NCBI GenBank assembly: GCA_037138355.1
Contig: JBAXIL010000002.1
Location: 1 to 64,000 of the forward strand
Direction of reading: 5' to 3'
Source: a bacterium
GTDB taxonomy: Bacteria > Oederibacteriota > PGYV01 > Palsa-1178
DNA: 64,000 nt
Positions 33,297-42,505 of the stretch are shown here, one piece after another. Made by a program: the position numbers and the translations under genes. The stretch's first letter is position 1, and every line of letters begins with the position of its first letter. The notes under the pieces were generated by a model that saw only the letters and a program-made list of their open reading frames with translations, did not search any database and was not told the origin of the DNA.

Positions 33297-35046
33297 CTAT
33301 CTTTTCTTCCTTATTAAGTTTAAATTGTAAATTGTAAAGTTTTGTATAAACTCCGTTCTTTTTAATTAAGGAATCATGACTTCCTTCTTCAACTATAATA
33401 TTATTATCTACCACTATTATATTTGCCGCATTTCTTACCGTAGAAAGCCTATGAGCTATCACAAAAGCTGTTCTGTTTTTCATTAGATTATTTATAGCTT
33501 CCTGTACGAGTATTTCTGATTCCGAATCGAGCGAAGAAGTGGCTTCGTCAAGTATTAGGATTGGTGGATTTTTCAGAATAGCTCTGGCTATTGCCATTCT
33601 CTGCCTCTGACCACCAGAAAGTCTCACGCCTCTATCTCCAATTAAAGTGTCATATTTTTCTGGCAGTTTTTCTATAAACTCTGAAGCATTAGCCGCACGC
33701 GCTGCCATTTCAACTTTACCCATATCATTTGTCTCTAAACCATATGATATATTGTTTTTTATTGAGTCATTAAACAGTATGGTTTCCTGAGTAACTATAC
33801 CTATAAGATTACGCAAAGACTCAATTTTAATATCTTTTATATCTATTCCGTCAATGGTAATAAGGCCTTTCTTAACATCATAAAATCTGGCAAGTAAATC
33901 CGCCAAAGTACTTTTGCCTGCCCCTGAAGGTCCAACGACGGCAAATATCTGTCCTTTATTTATTTTAAAGTTTACATCTCTTAAAACATCCTGACCTTCT
34001 ACATAATTAAAACTAATATTTTTAAATTCAACTGATGATTTGAATTCATTTAACTCTTTTGGAACTTCCGACTCTACTATTTCAGGTTTCGTGTCAAGAA
34101 TAGTAAATATTCTTTCAGCTGCTGCCAAAGCCTGCTGTATAACATTATTAATATCATTTAATTTTTTAATCTGCGGATAAAGTGCCGTCAAGCCACCAAC
34201 AAAGGCAAAGAATGTGCCCGCCGTAAGTTCGCCTTTAATTACTGCTGTTCCAGCCGCCCAAACAAGTACGGCAACGCCTATGGCACCAATTGACTCCATT
34301 ACTGGAGAAGACATAATATATGCCCTTGTCCCCCTCATGGTATGGTCAAAAAGACTTGATAGTTCAGCATTAAATTTTTTACGCTCATAATTTTCCATGC
34401 CAAAAGCTTTTACTATTCGTATTCCATTAAAAGTTTCATTTAAAATTGATGTTAAAGTTCCCATTTTCAGCTGTACATTTCCAGCAGCAGATTTTATTAT
34501 TTTACCAAATTTTGATATCGGTAATATGGCAATCGGAAAAATAACAATTGTAATTAAAGCAAATTTCCAGCTTAAGAAAAAAAGAAGCCCAACCAATCCA
34601 GCGATAGTTAGCACACTTCCAACTAAGCTCCCAAGCAGATTCGCAAGCGCTCCTTGCACCATTTGCACATCATTAGTGATTCTTGATATAAGAATTCCTA
34701 TTTTTTGGTTATTAAAAAAGTTCATTGAAAGACCAGTTATATGTTCATAAAGCTGCTTTCTCATATTCAAAATAATTTTTGTTCCAACATAATTTATTAG
34801 ATAACTTTGTATATAACCACATACTCCTTTAAAAACAAAAATAACTATTATGGCAACTGGAAGAATACTTATCCAATGTATGGCCTCGGTCTTATCAGGG
34901 TTTGCAAGAATTTTATCTATGACAGGCTTAATCACATACATAGATGCGGCCGTCAAACCAGATGTAAAAATCATGAAAATCATGGCCGTAATAACTCTGT
35001 CCATGTAGGGGCTCATGTATTTTAATAATCTCTTGTAAGTATTCAT
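33280..35046 (-). CDS. msbA: MsbA-like lipid A-core ABC flippase
   Basis: TM domain plus NBD (GPSGAGKST, LSGGQRQR, ILDEATS, IAHRLST); heads the LPS cluster. Confidence 0.82.
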   Translation of the reverse strand: MNTYKRLLKYMSPYMDRVITAMIFMIFTSGLTAASMYVIKPVIDKILANPDKTEAIHWISILPVAIIVIFVFKGVCGYIQSYLINYVGTKIILNMRKQLYEHITGLSMNFFNNQKIGILISRITNDVQMVQGALANLLGSLVGSVLTIAGLVGLLFFLSWKFALITIVIFPIAILPISKFGKIIKSAAGNVQLKMGTLTSILNETFNGIRIVKAFGMENYERKKFNAELSSLFDHTMRGTRAYIMSSPVMESIGAIGVAVLVWAAGTAVIKGELTAGTFFAFVGGLTALYPQIKKLNDINNVIQQALAAAERIFTILDTKPEIVESEVPKELNEFKSSVEFKNISFNYVEGQDVLRDVNFKINKGQIFAVVGPSGAGKSTLADLLARFYDVKKGLITIDGIDIKDIKIESLRNLIGIVTQETILFNDSIKNNISYGLETNDMGKVEMAARAANASEFIEKLPEKYDTLIGDRGVRLSGGQRQRMAIARAILKNPPILILDEATSSLDSESEILVQEAINNLMKNRTAFVIAHRLSTVRNAANIIVVDNNIIVEEGSHDSLIKKNGVYTKLYNLQFKLNKEEKIDEIQK

Positions 35047-35248
35047 TTTTCTCCTTTAAACAATGGTTAAAGATTAAGTTTTCCTGATTTGCTTCCGATG
35101 AAACTTAATGAAACAAAAGATATGTTATTTTAGACGATTTTAGCAGGTAGGTCAAGGTAAAATATAGACAGCAATTTTTCCATACTTATAAGTAAAAACT
35201 TCAAAAAAGTGAATAGTTCTTGTCAATATTTCCTTAATAATGTGATAT

Positions 35249-35962
35249 TTAATTGCCTTTAATTTGCTTAATAAGTTCTGAATCCTCTGGTATATCAACT
35301 GAAACTTCTTCTCCAGTGTTTGTCCCAATATACTTCACTGAGGCCGCTAAAAGCGCAGGAAAGATTTTCCTTAGTTCTTTAATTCTGCCTGAAGCTGCAA
35401 TAGAGGTTTTCCATACTTCCTGCAATTTCTCTCCAGGCTTACCATTTTTAGCATTGAAGGCATCTATAATAATGTATTTTTTATAAGAAGTATATTCACC
35501 TATTTGACTGGCAAAACCAGTCACACCATATTGAGGTTGCACAGAAGTTATGGAATATTGATTGGTGCCTGTATTATCAGAATTATTGGTCTGACTCGAC
35601 TGCGTATATATATCCACTCCAGTTTGTCCCCATACAGGAGTGGAATATGAATAAGTATGTGTTTCTGGATCTCCCACTCCGTATGAAAGATATATTTCCA
35701 GTTCTGCATGTTTTGCTGCACTTGCCAAAACAAAGCCTTGCATAGACATAGTTTTAACAAGTAATCCAGCAAATTCTTTAAACTGAAGGTCAGTTGCACT
35801 TATGTCTTTATTACCTGGCAATATTTGATAAATTTTACTACTTACAGCAGTCATATCGCTAATGGAATCAATTTGAACATGATATGCTCTCACACATCCA
35901 GATACAGTAAATAAAATAACAAATAAAATCCCAGCAAAAAGTGAATGCTTGTATAAATGCAT
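35249..35962 (-). CDS. Lipoprotein of unknown function (DUF4136-like)
   Basis: Lipobox VSGC; family call is tentative. Confidence 0.6.
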   Translation of the reverse strand: MHLYKHSLFAGILFVILFTVSGCVRAYHVQIDSISDMTAVSSKIYQILPGNKDISATDLQFKEFAGLLVKTMSMQGFVLASAAKHAELEIYLSYGVGDPETHTYSYSTPVWGQTGVDIYTQSSQTNNSDNTGTNQYSITSVQPQYGVTGFASQIGEYTSYKKYIIIDAFNAKNGKPGEKLQEVWKTSIAASGRIKELRKIFPALLAASVKYIGTNTGEEVSVDIPEDSELIKQIKGN

Positions 35963-36013
35963 TTGAACTCCTTTTCTTAAAATAGAATATCATTCAAAAA
36001 CTTATCTTTTTTT

Positions 36014-36532
36014 TTAATAATGCAGCATTGAATAAACTTTATGCGGTTTCAGTTTTTCATTTCCTTTTAAGAAATCAAGCTCAATAATAAAAGCAAATTC
36101 AACTATTTTTCCACCACATTTATCAACCAACTTAGCTACAGCTCCAGCAGTGCCACCTGTAGCTAAAACATCATCTATAACTAACACTTTTTCGCCTTTA
36201 CCTATGGCATCCTTATGTATTTCAAGCGAGTCAGTGCCGTACTCAAGAGCATACTCTTGTTTGTAAACTGGCCTTGGTAATTTCCCTGGCTTGCGCACTG
36301 GAACAAGCGAAGCCCCTAACTTATACGCAAGCGGTGCCCCAAGCAAAAAACCTCGTGCTTCTACACTCACAACTGTATCTATACCTTTATTTTTATACCT
36401 TTTAGCCAAAAAATCTATTAATTTTTTAAACGATTCTTTATCTTTAAAAAGCGGTGTTAAATCCTTAAAAATAATTCCTTTTTTGGGGAAATCTGGTACA
36501 TCTAAAACAATTTTTCTCAATTTTTTTTCCAT
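36014..36532 (-). CDS. apt: Adenine phosphoribosyltransferase
   Basis: PDFPKKGIIFKD, EARGF, RKPGKLP, YALEYG, VIDDVLATGGT; start moved to the ATG after GGAG. Confidence 0.97.
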   Translation of the reverse strand: MEKKLRKIVLDVPDFPKKGIIFKDLTPLFKDKESFKKLIDFLAKRYKNKGIDTVVSVEARGFLLGAPLAYKLGASLVPVRKPGKLPRPVYKQEYALEYGTDSLEIHKDAIGKGEKVLVIDDVLATGGTAGAVAKLVDKCGGKIVEFAFIIELDFLKGNEKLKPHKVYSMLHY

Positions 36533-36553
36533 AACGCTCTCCATTTTTTGTAT

Positions 36554-37618
36554 TTAATCTGAATTTTTTATGAGATTTTTTAATTTTTTAATTGCAATAA
36601 CCTCTATCTGCCTAATCCTCTCCCTTGTTAACTTCAATTTCGCCCCAATTTCCTCAAGAGTATGAACATTTCTATTATTAATTCCAAATCTACTCATTAT
36701 TACTTCCTGTTCCTTTGGCTTTAATTTAGAAACTAATTCTAATATTTTTTCATTTTTATCTTTTTCAAAAAAGTCATCGTCTGGTTTAATGATAGATAGA
36801 TTTTCCGTAGTATCTTTTAAGCTTCTCGTATTATCAGAATCTTCATTTTCATACTCCATATCAAGAGATTTAGGAGTTTTTACAATATTTAGAATCTCAT
36901 ATAGTTTAAGAGGTTCTATCCCGAGTTTTTTTGCCACATCCTCTTTTTCAGGAAAACGACCTGTATCTTTTATCTCTTTTTCTATTAATTTCAAATACTT
37001 ATGATATATATCCAGTATATGTACTGGTATTCTTATTGTATTTTTTTGGTTAGCTATGGCACGATTTACTGACTGTTTTATCCACCAAGTTGCATAAGTC
37101 GAGAATCTAAAGCCAAAAGCTGGTTTAAACTTTTCTAAAGCTTTCATTAAACCTATGTTTCCTTCTTCTATGAGGTCTATGATAGGAACACCTAAATAGT
37201 CATACCGTCTTGCAATTTTAACAACAAGTTTAAGATTTGCCCTTATTACTTTTTCTCTCGCTGGGACATTACCACTTTGTGCTTTTTTTATATAATCTTT
37301 TTCCTCAGCTTGAGTCAATATTTTTTCTTTCCTTATATCTTCAAAATATAGCATTAATGAATCTTTGGATGCCAGACCTCTTTTTTCCTCAACAATCTCA
37401 TCTTTTACATCTTTGTCTGTTTCTGGTTCTTCCACATCATTTTTAATCATATCGTTTATAATCTCAATATCTTCATCTTTAATATTTTCAGTTACATCTT
37501 TGTTGACCAAAAGTTTTTTTAATTGAGGCGTAGTTTTAGTTTGCAACTGCTTCTTGGTGATATTTTTTTTCATGGTTGTTTTTACAACACTTTTCTTTTT
37601 AGTCATATTTTTTTTCAT
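36554..37618 (-). CDS. sigma-70 family sigma factor, RpoS-like
   Basis: ANLKLVV, DLIEEGNIGL, RFSTYATWWIKQ, TIRIPVH, TLEEIG...TRERIRQIE; Lys-rich N-terminus. Confidence 0.88.
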   Translation of the reverse strand: MKKNMTKKKSVVKTTMKKNITKKQLQTKTTPQLKKLLVNKDVTENIKDEDIEIINDMIKNDVEEPETDKDVKDEIVEEKRGLASKDSLMLYFEDIRKEKILTQAEEKDYIKKAQSGNVPAREKVIRANLKLVVKIARRYDYLGVPIIDLIEEGNIGLMKALEKFKPAFGFRFSTYATWWIKQSVNRAIANQKNTIRIPVHILDIYHKYLKLIEKEIKDTGRFPEKEDVAKKLGIEPLKLYEILNIVKTPKSLDMEYENEDSDNTRSLKDTTENLSIIKPDDDFFEKDKNEKILELVSKLKPKEQEVIMSRFGINNRNVHTLEEIGAKLKLTRERIRQIEVIAIKKLKNLIKNSD

Positions 37619-37625
37619 AACACCC

Positions 37626-37916
37626 TCAATAGCCCGGATAGTGTAATATCATAAATTCGCTATTGTTTGTCTTTGCCGGGATTTCATTTTTAATTATTGT
37701 ATCTACAACATAAAAGTCACTTGGTTCTGTGATTTTGTTTATAAACTCATCAATCAAAATTTTATTTCCAAATACTTCAACTTCAACACTTCTATTAGGC
37801 AAATTCATAACAGAACCAGTCAAGCCCAAAGCTGTTGCAACTTCTTGGCAATAAGATCTGTAACCAACTCCCTGTACTGTCCCTGTAATCATTATTTGAT
37901 AACCTATTTGTTTCAT
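37626..37916 (-). CDS. acyP: Acylphosphatase
   Basis: GTVQGVGYR with the catalytic Arg; GSVMNLPNRSVE with the catalytic Asn. Confidence 0.9.
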   Translation of the reverse strand: MKQIGYQIMITGTVQGVGYRSYCQEVATALGLTGSVMNLPNRSVEVEVFGNKILIDEFINKITEPSDFYVVDTIIKNEIPAKTNNSEFMILHYPGY

Positions 37917-37961
37917 TTATGGGCACCTCAAAAATATTTGAGATTTACAATCCATATAGAA

Positions 37962-38681
37962 CTATTGCAGATAAGTAATACCAAATACAAAATAATTACT
38001 TATAAATGTCCCCATTTCTTTAGCCTGTGAAATCTTTTCAATTCCTCTTATGGAAAAATCAACACTCAAATTCTGATTGAAGCTTATTTTAACTCCTGCA
38101 TTAAATGTACTTTTATCATATTCAAGCATAACAAGTACGGTATCAGCCACAACAGTTGATACATTCGCAGCAAACCCCCAATCAGAAAGACTTGAATTTC
38201 CAACAGCGAGCTGTTTTTTAACGCCTAATGTAATATCCGTGTCCCACAACTTTTTTGAAACAGCTGCATATAGCTTATAATCCTCATGATTAATATTCTG
38301 AATAATATTTACTGGCAGTTTTTCTAATCCTGCTGCCACGCTCACAAAATATTTGTCTTCATTTAAAATTTTTGCTTTTGCATTAAATGATAGTGTTTTT
38401 AATATTTCAATAAAAGCCGAAGAAATCCCAAAATCAATAGAAGTTCCTGCTTCAAAAATATCAAAAACTCCATAATTGAATTTTAGTATGAACTTGTGAA
38501 GTCCTATGCTATATCTTCCATTTTCCAAAATATATGCTGACTGATTATTAATAAAACCACCACAACCATTTATTGAAGGAGCCACTAAAAAATGATCAAC
38601 ATCTACAGTTGACGAAAAAGCTGCAGAAAAGAAGAATGTAAAAAGCAGAACAAAAATCAATGTTAATTTTCTAAAATTCAC
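37962..38681 (-). CDS. Putative outer-membrane protein (YjbH-like)
   Basis: Signal peptide, GCGGFINNQSA, beta-strand pattern, ends FGITYLQ. Confidence 0.5.
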   Translation of the reverse strand: MNFRKLTLIFVLLFTFFFSAAFSSTVDVDHFLVAPSINGCGGFINNQSAYILENGRYSIGLHKFILKFNYGVFDIFEAGTSIDFGISSAFIEILKTLSFNAKAKILNEDKYFVSVAAGLEKLPVNIIQNINHEDYKLYAAVSKKLWDTDITLGVKKQLAVGNSSLSDWGFAANVSTVVADTVLVMLEYDKSTFNAGVKISFNQNLSVDFSIRGIEKISQAKEMGTFISNYFVFGITYLQ

Positions 38682-38702
38682 AACATTCTCCTCTATTTAT
38701 TA

Positions 38703-38779
38703 TGGTCGGGGTGACTGGTCTCGAACCAGCGACCTCTCGCACCCCAAGCGAGTGCGCTAGCCAACTGCGCTACACCCCG
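38703..38779 (-). tRNA. tRNA-Pro (anticodon GGG), CCA encoded
   Basis: CGGGGTG acceptor stem pairs with CACCCCG; anticodon arm CTCGC-TTGGGGT-GCGAG; T-loop TTCGAGA; 77 nt. Confidence 0.98.
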
Positions 38780-38943
38780 CCTCATTAATTTATTTTCAAT
38801 TTTAATCGGGCGTGTGTCCATATAAACCTATAATACCATTTCCTTAATATTGTTTATAGGGGCTACACCCCGTTACCTTATTATATTTCAATTCAAAACG
38901 GCGTGTGTCCGTATCAACCAATAATACTACTTCAAAACAATAC
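38769..38943. repeat. Imperfect direct repeat (93-bp period) of the tRNA 5' leader plus the first 11 nt of the tRNA
   Basis: gctacaccccg at 38769 and 38862, each followed by ...tttcaatt...ggcgtgtgtcc.tat.aacc.ataatac. Confidence 0.85.
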
Positions 38944-38945
38944 TT

Positions 38946-39302
38946 CTAATTTTCCAACATATGCAAAGCTTCTATAATTTCTTTTCTTATATCTTTGAGC
39001 TTATCTGTTGTCAATTTTTCTTCTACTCCAAAAAGTTCCATTTGCTGTCCATCAATTTCTGCTAAAACTTCCTTTAATCTTTTTTGTGCGCCGCTTATCT
39101 TAAACTCATCATTATAGAGAAGCTTTTTAATAATAAAAACCATATCAATATCTGTTTTTGTGTATTTTCTTTGACCAACCCTATTTTTAATAGGATGAAG
39201 TTCTTCGAAATTCTGCTCCCAAAATCTAATTACCGACTCTCTAACTCCAGTTAATTGTGCCACTTCGCGTATTGGATAGTACTTTTTGTCTTTTACATCC
39301 AT
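38946..39302 (-). CDS. MerR-family HTH protein
   Basis: YYPIREVA...VIRFWEQNF..L.P.KNR.GQRKY; this subfamily is commonly found next to tRNA-Pro(GGG). Confidence 0.9.
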   Translation of the reverse strand: MDVKDKKYYPIREVAQLTGVRESVIRFWEQNFEELHPIKNRVGQRKYTKTDIDMVFIIKKLLYNDEFKISGAQKRLKEVLAEIDGQQMELFGVEEKLTTDKLKDIRKEIIEALHMLEN

Positions 39303-39351
39303 TAATTTGCTCCTTAAAAGCCCATCACAAACAACTAGTGATTTAGGCCGT

Positions 39352-40353
39352 TTATATAAGAAACTCTTTCTCGGATTTTGCCGGTCTATTCATCAAATCT
39401 CTCACTGAATCATGAGGTGATTTGTTTTCATATAGTGCTTTATAAACTTCATTACAAATAGGCATATCAACTTTATATTTTTTAGAAAGTTTGTAAATCG
39501 AAAGTGTAGATTTTACCCCTTCTGCCACCATGACCATACCAGAAAGAATATCTTCAATTTTTTTACCAAGTCCAAGCTGTTCCCCCACAAACCTATTTCG
39601 CGAATGCTTGCTATTGCAAGTGACTATCAAATCACCTATTCCAGATAGTCCAAAAAATGTATCCTCTTCAGCCCCCATAGCAACACCCAGGCGTCTCATC
39701 TCAGCCAGCCCTCTGGTTAAAAGTGCAGCTTTTGTATTGTCGCCAGTATTTAGTCCATCAAGTGTTCCTGCTGCTATTGCAATTACATTTTTTACAGAAC
39801 CGCCTATTTCCACTCCCATAACATCAATTCTGGTATAAGTTCTAAAATAATTTGTAATGAACATCGCCTGTATAATATCTGCAAGTTTTTTATCCTTAGA
39901 TGCGACTACCACTGTGGTAGGAACACGACGGCCTACCTCTTCTGCGTGCGAAGGCCCAGATAATACAGCAGTTTTTACTTTTCCCAGTTCATCCTTGATT
40001 ACCTGCGTCATAGTCATAAGCGTCTCTTGTTCTATACCTTTTATAACACTAATATAAACTTTCTTTTTAAAATCAAGTTTTTTAATATTTTTAAGCAATG
40101 ACCTTAATATATGTGATGGTATAGCAAGAACTATATAATCCGAAGCTTCAAGGGCTTCTTTTAAGTCCGAAGTAATCTTAATAGTTGATGGTATTTTTAC
40201 GCCTTTCAAGAATTTTATATTCTCTTTCTTTTCATTAAGAATTTTTGCATAGTCCTCAAAAAATTCCCAAAGTATGACCTCATTATTTCTTTCACTTAAA
40301 AGAACAGCTAAAGCTGTTCCCCATCCACCTGCGCCAAGAACAGATACCTTCAT
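39352..40353 (-). CDS. gpsA: NAD(P)H-dependent glycerol-3-phosphate dehydrogenase
   Basis: GAGGWGTA, KGIE, LSGPSHA, KNVIAIA, GDLIVTC..SRN. Confidence 0.96.
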   Translation of the reverse strand: MKVSVLGAGGWGTALAVLLSERNNEVILWEFFEDYAKILNEKKENIKFLKGVKIPSTIKITSDLKEALEASDYIVLAIPSHILRSLLKNIKKLDFKKKVYISVIKGIEQETLMTMTQVIKDELGKVKTAVLSGPSHAEEVGRRVPTTVVVASKDKKLADIIQAMFITNYFRTYTRIDVMGVEIGGSVKNVIAIAAGTLDGLNTGDNTKAALLTRGLAEMRRLGVAMGAEEDTFFGLSGIGDLIVTCNSKHSRNRFVGEQLGLGKKIEDILSGMVMVAEGVKSTLSIYKLSKKYKVDMPICNEVYKALYENKSPHDSVRDLMNRPAKSEKEFLI

Positions 40354-40988
40354 TTTTTTTCTTCCTTTTCTGAAATCGGTTTAAATTCAAACTTGTTTTC
40401 AGTTCCTTCAATCAGCCTTTTTATATTTGCCTTATGTTTATATATCACAAAAGTAGCAAGTGCCACTGCTAATAAAATCACGAGATTCAAGTAACCGCCT
40501 TCTCCAAAAATAAATATAAATACAGGCAGCAAAAATGAACAAAGGATAGAACCTAAAGATATGTATTTGAAAAAATATAATAGGATTGAAAAAACAACAA
40601 GATCTGCAAAAACCGAATATGGAGCAAGTGCTAAAAATACTCCAAGAGCCGTTGCCACACCCTTGCCACCTTTAAAATTAAGAAAAATAGTAAAAGTATG
40701 ACCCAATACCGCTGAAGCTGCAGCTATCAAAACAACTCCAGGATATCTAACTCCAAATAACTTATCAATCACAATAAGTGGTATATATCCTTTCAAGGCA
40801 TCAAGTAATAGTACCCACAAAAAGCCCTTCATACCAAGCACACGCTGAACATTGGTAGCTCCGATATTACCGCTACCTACCGTTCTAACATCTATGCCTT
40901 TTGTATATTTAACCAATAGATATCCTGACGGAATTGAGCCAATTATATACGGAACGATAAGCGCTGTTAATATTGCAATAAAAATCAT
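40350..40988 (-). CDS. plsY: Glycerol-3-phosphate acyltransferase
   Basis: GSGNIGATN, DALKG, GH...FKGGKGVAT, HKANIKRL. Confidence 0.96.
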   Translation of the reverse strand: MIFIAILTALIVPYIIGSIPSGYLLVKYTKGIDVRTVGSGNIGATNVQRVLGMKGFLWVLLLDALKGYIPLIVIDKLFGVRYPGVVLIAAASAVLGHTFTIFLNFKGGKGVATALGVFLALAPYSVFADLVVFSILLYFFKYISLGSILCSFLLPVFIFIFGEGGYLNLVILLAVALATFVIYKHKANIKRLIEGTENKFEFKPISEKEEKK

Positions 40989-41010
40989 AGTGCTTGCCTC
41001 CTAAAAACTT

Positions 41011-42345
41011 TTATTTTTCTTCTTGTTTCACTTTTGTTTTAATTTTAAGCCTTATTGGTGCGCCTTCAAAACCAAAGGTCGCCCTCAAACTATTTTCCAA
41101 GTATCTGGTATAGGACACATGAAGTTTTTCTTTTTTATTAACAAATACCGCAAATGTAGGAGGTGCTGTTTCAACCTGAGATAAATAATACACTTTGACA
41201 TCTCCCTTTTTTGAAAAAGGAGCTTTTTCATGAACTGCCTGCTGAAACATTTTATTTAGAAGACCAGTTTTAACTCTAAAATTATACTGACTCTCAACAT
41301 AAAATACAACTTCAATTAGCTTTTCAAGGCCTCTCTTCTCTTTTGCGGAAATAAATACCAAAGGTGCGTAGGATGCAAACTTCATTTCTTCACGAATATA
41401 TTCAGTAAACTCAGTTCTCATACTTTCTCTTTTTTCATAAGGAATCAAATCCCACTTATTTGCAGCAATTAAAACCGCCTTATAATTTGCTGCCGCATAG
41501 CCGAGAATTTTTTTATCAGTTTCTGTAACGCCCATAGTACAATCAAGCACCAGTATTACCATGTCTCCGCGCTTTATATTCATGAAAGCTCTGCCTATGG
41601 AATATGCTTCAACTTTTTTCTTTATGTTCTTTCTTTTCTTGACTCCTGCCGTATCAATAAGAAGCAATTTTTTTCCTTCTATTTCAACAAGAGTATCTAT
41701 AGAATCCCTTGTTGTGCCAGGAATATCAGTAACTATGGAACGCTCTTCTTTAACCAAAGCATTAAAAAGAGATGACTTCCCAACATTTTCCCTACCTAAT
41801 ATGGCTACCTTTGTAATTTTTTCTTCTATTTCTTTATCTTTCACTGATGGAATCTGATCAGTAATAAAGTCAAGCAAATCATCTAATCCGTATGAATGTG
41901 CCGCAGAAGTTGGAAATACATGGTCAACTCCAAGATTATAAAACTCATATACAAGTGATGCTTTTTCATGAGTATCTACCTTATTGGCAACCACTGCAAA
42001 ATTCGTAGAATTACTCCTGATAAAATCAAAAACTTCCCTGTCTTCAGGAACTATGCCAGTAGTGGCATCCACAACAAAAAGCACTAAATCTACATCCTTT
42101 ATAACTTCTTTAACTATTTTAATTACTTCATTTTTAATCAAATCAGCATCATTAAAAAGAAGCCCGCCTGTATCTACTACTGTAAACGATTTTCCCATCC
42201 ATTCAGCTTCGCCATATATTTTATCACGCGTAACGCCAGGAAAATCATCGACTATTGCTTTTTGTCTGTTTATCAATTTGTTGAATATTGACGATTTGCC
42301 AACATTCTCTCTGCCTGCAATTAACACTGTAAAGTTTGTTTTCAT
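41011..42345 (-). CDS. der: Ribosome biogenesis GTPase Der
   Basis: Two G domains (GRENVGKS twice, DTGG/DTAG, NKVD/NKWD) and a KH-like C-terminus. Confidence 0.96.
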   Translation of the reverse strand: MKTNFTVLIAGRENVGKSSIFNKLINRQKAIVDDFPGVTRDKIYGEAEWMGKSFTVVDTGGLLFNDADLIKNEVIKIVKEVIKDVDLVLFVVDATTGIVPEDREVFDFIRSNSTNFAVVANKVDTHEKASLVYEFYNLGVDHVFPTSAAHSYGLDDLLDFITDQIPSVKDKEIEEKITKVAILGRENVGKSSLFNALVKEERSIVTDIPGTTRDSIDTLVEIEGKKLLLIDTAGVKKRKNIKKKVEAYSIGRAFMNIKRGDMVILVLDCTMGVTETDKKILGYAAANYKAVLIAANKWDLIPYEKRESMRTEFTEYIREEMKFASYAPLVFISAKEKRGLEKLIEVVFYVESQYNFRVKTGLLNKMFQQAVHEKAPFSKKGDVKVYYLSQVETAPPTFAVFVNKKEKLHVSYTRYLENSLRATFGFEGAPIRLKIKTKVKQEEK

Positions 42346-42505
42346 AATACCCTTTCACAAATATAGTAATGCCAAAATACGTCAGTAAAGACGCTTAGTT
42401 AAGTATTATATGGCATAAATGATATAAAGCAAGAAAAAAAGGCATTAAATAAAGCAGTATATTCTGCTTTATTCATGTGGAGAATCAACATAACTATTAA
42501 TTTGG

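Noticed and set aside
38682..38945. Prophage or island integrated at tRNA-Pro
   Set aside because: No integrase, no 3'-end att duplication seen, and the flanking genes are housekeeping.
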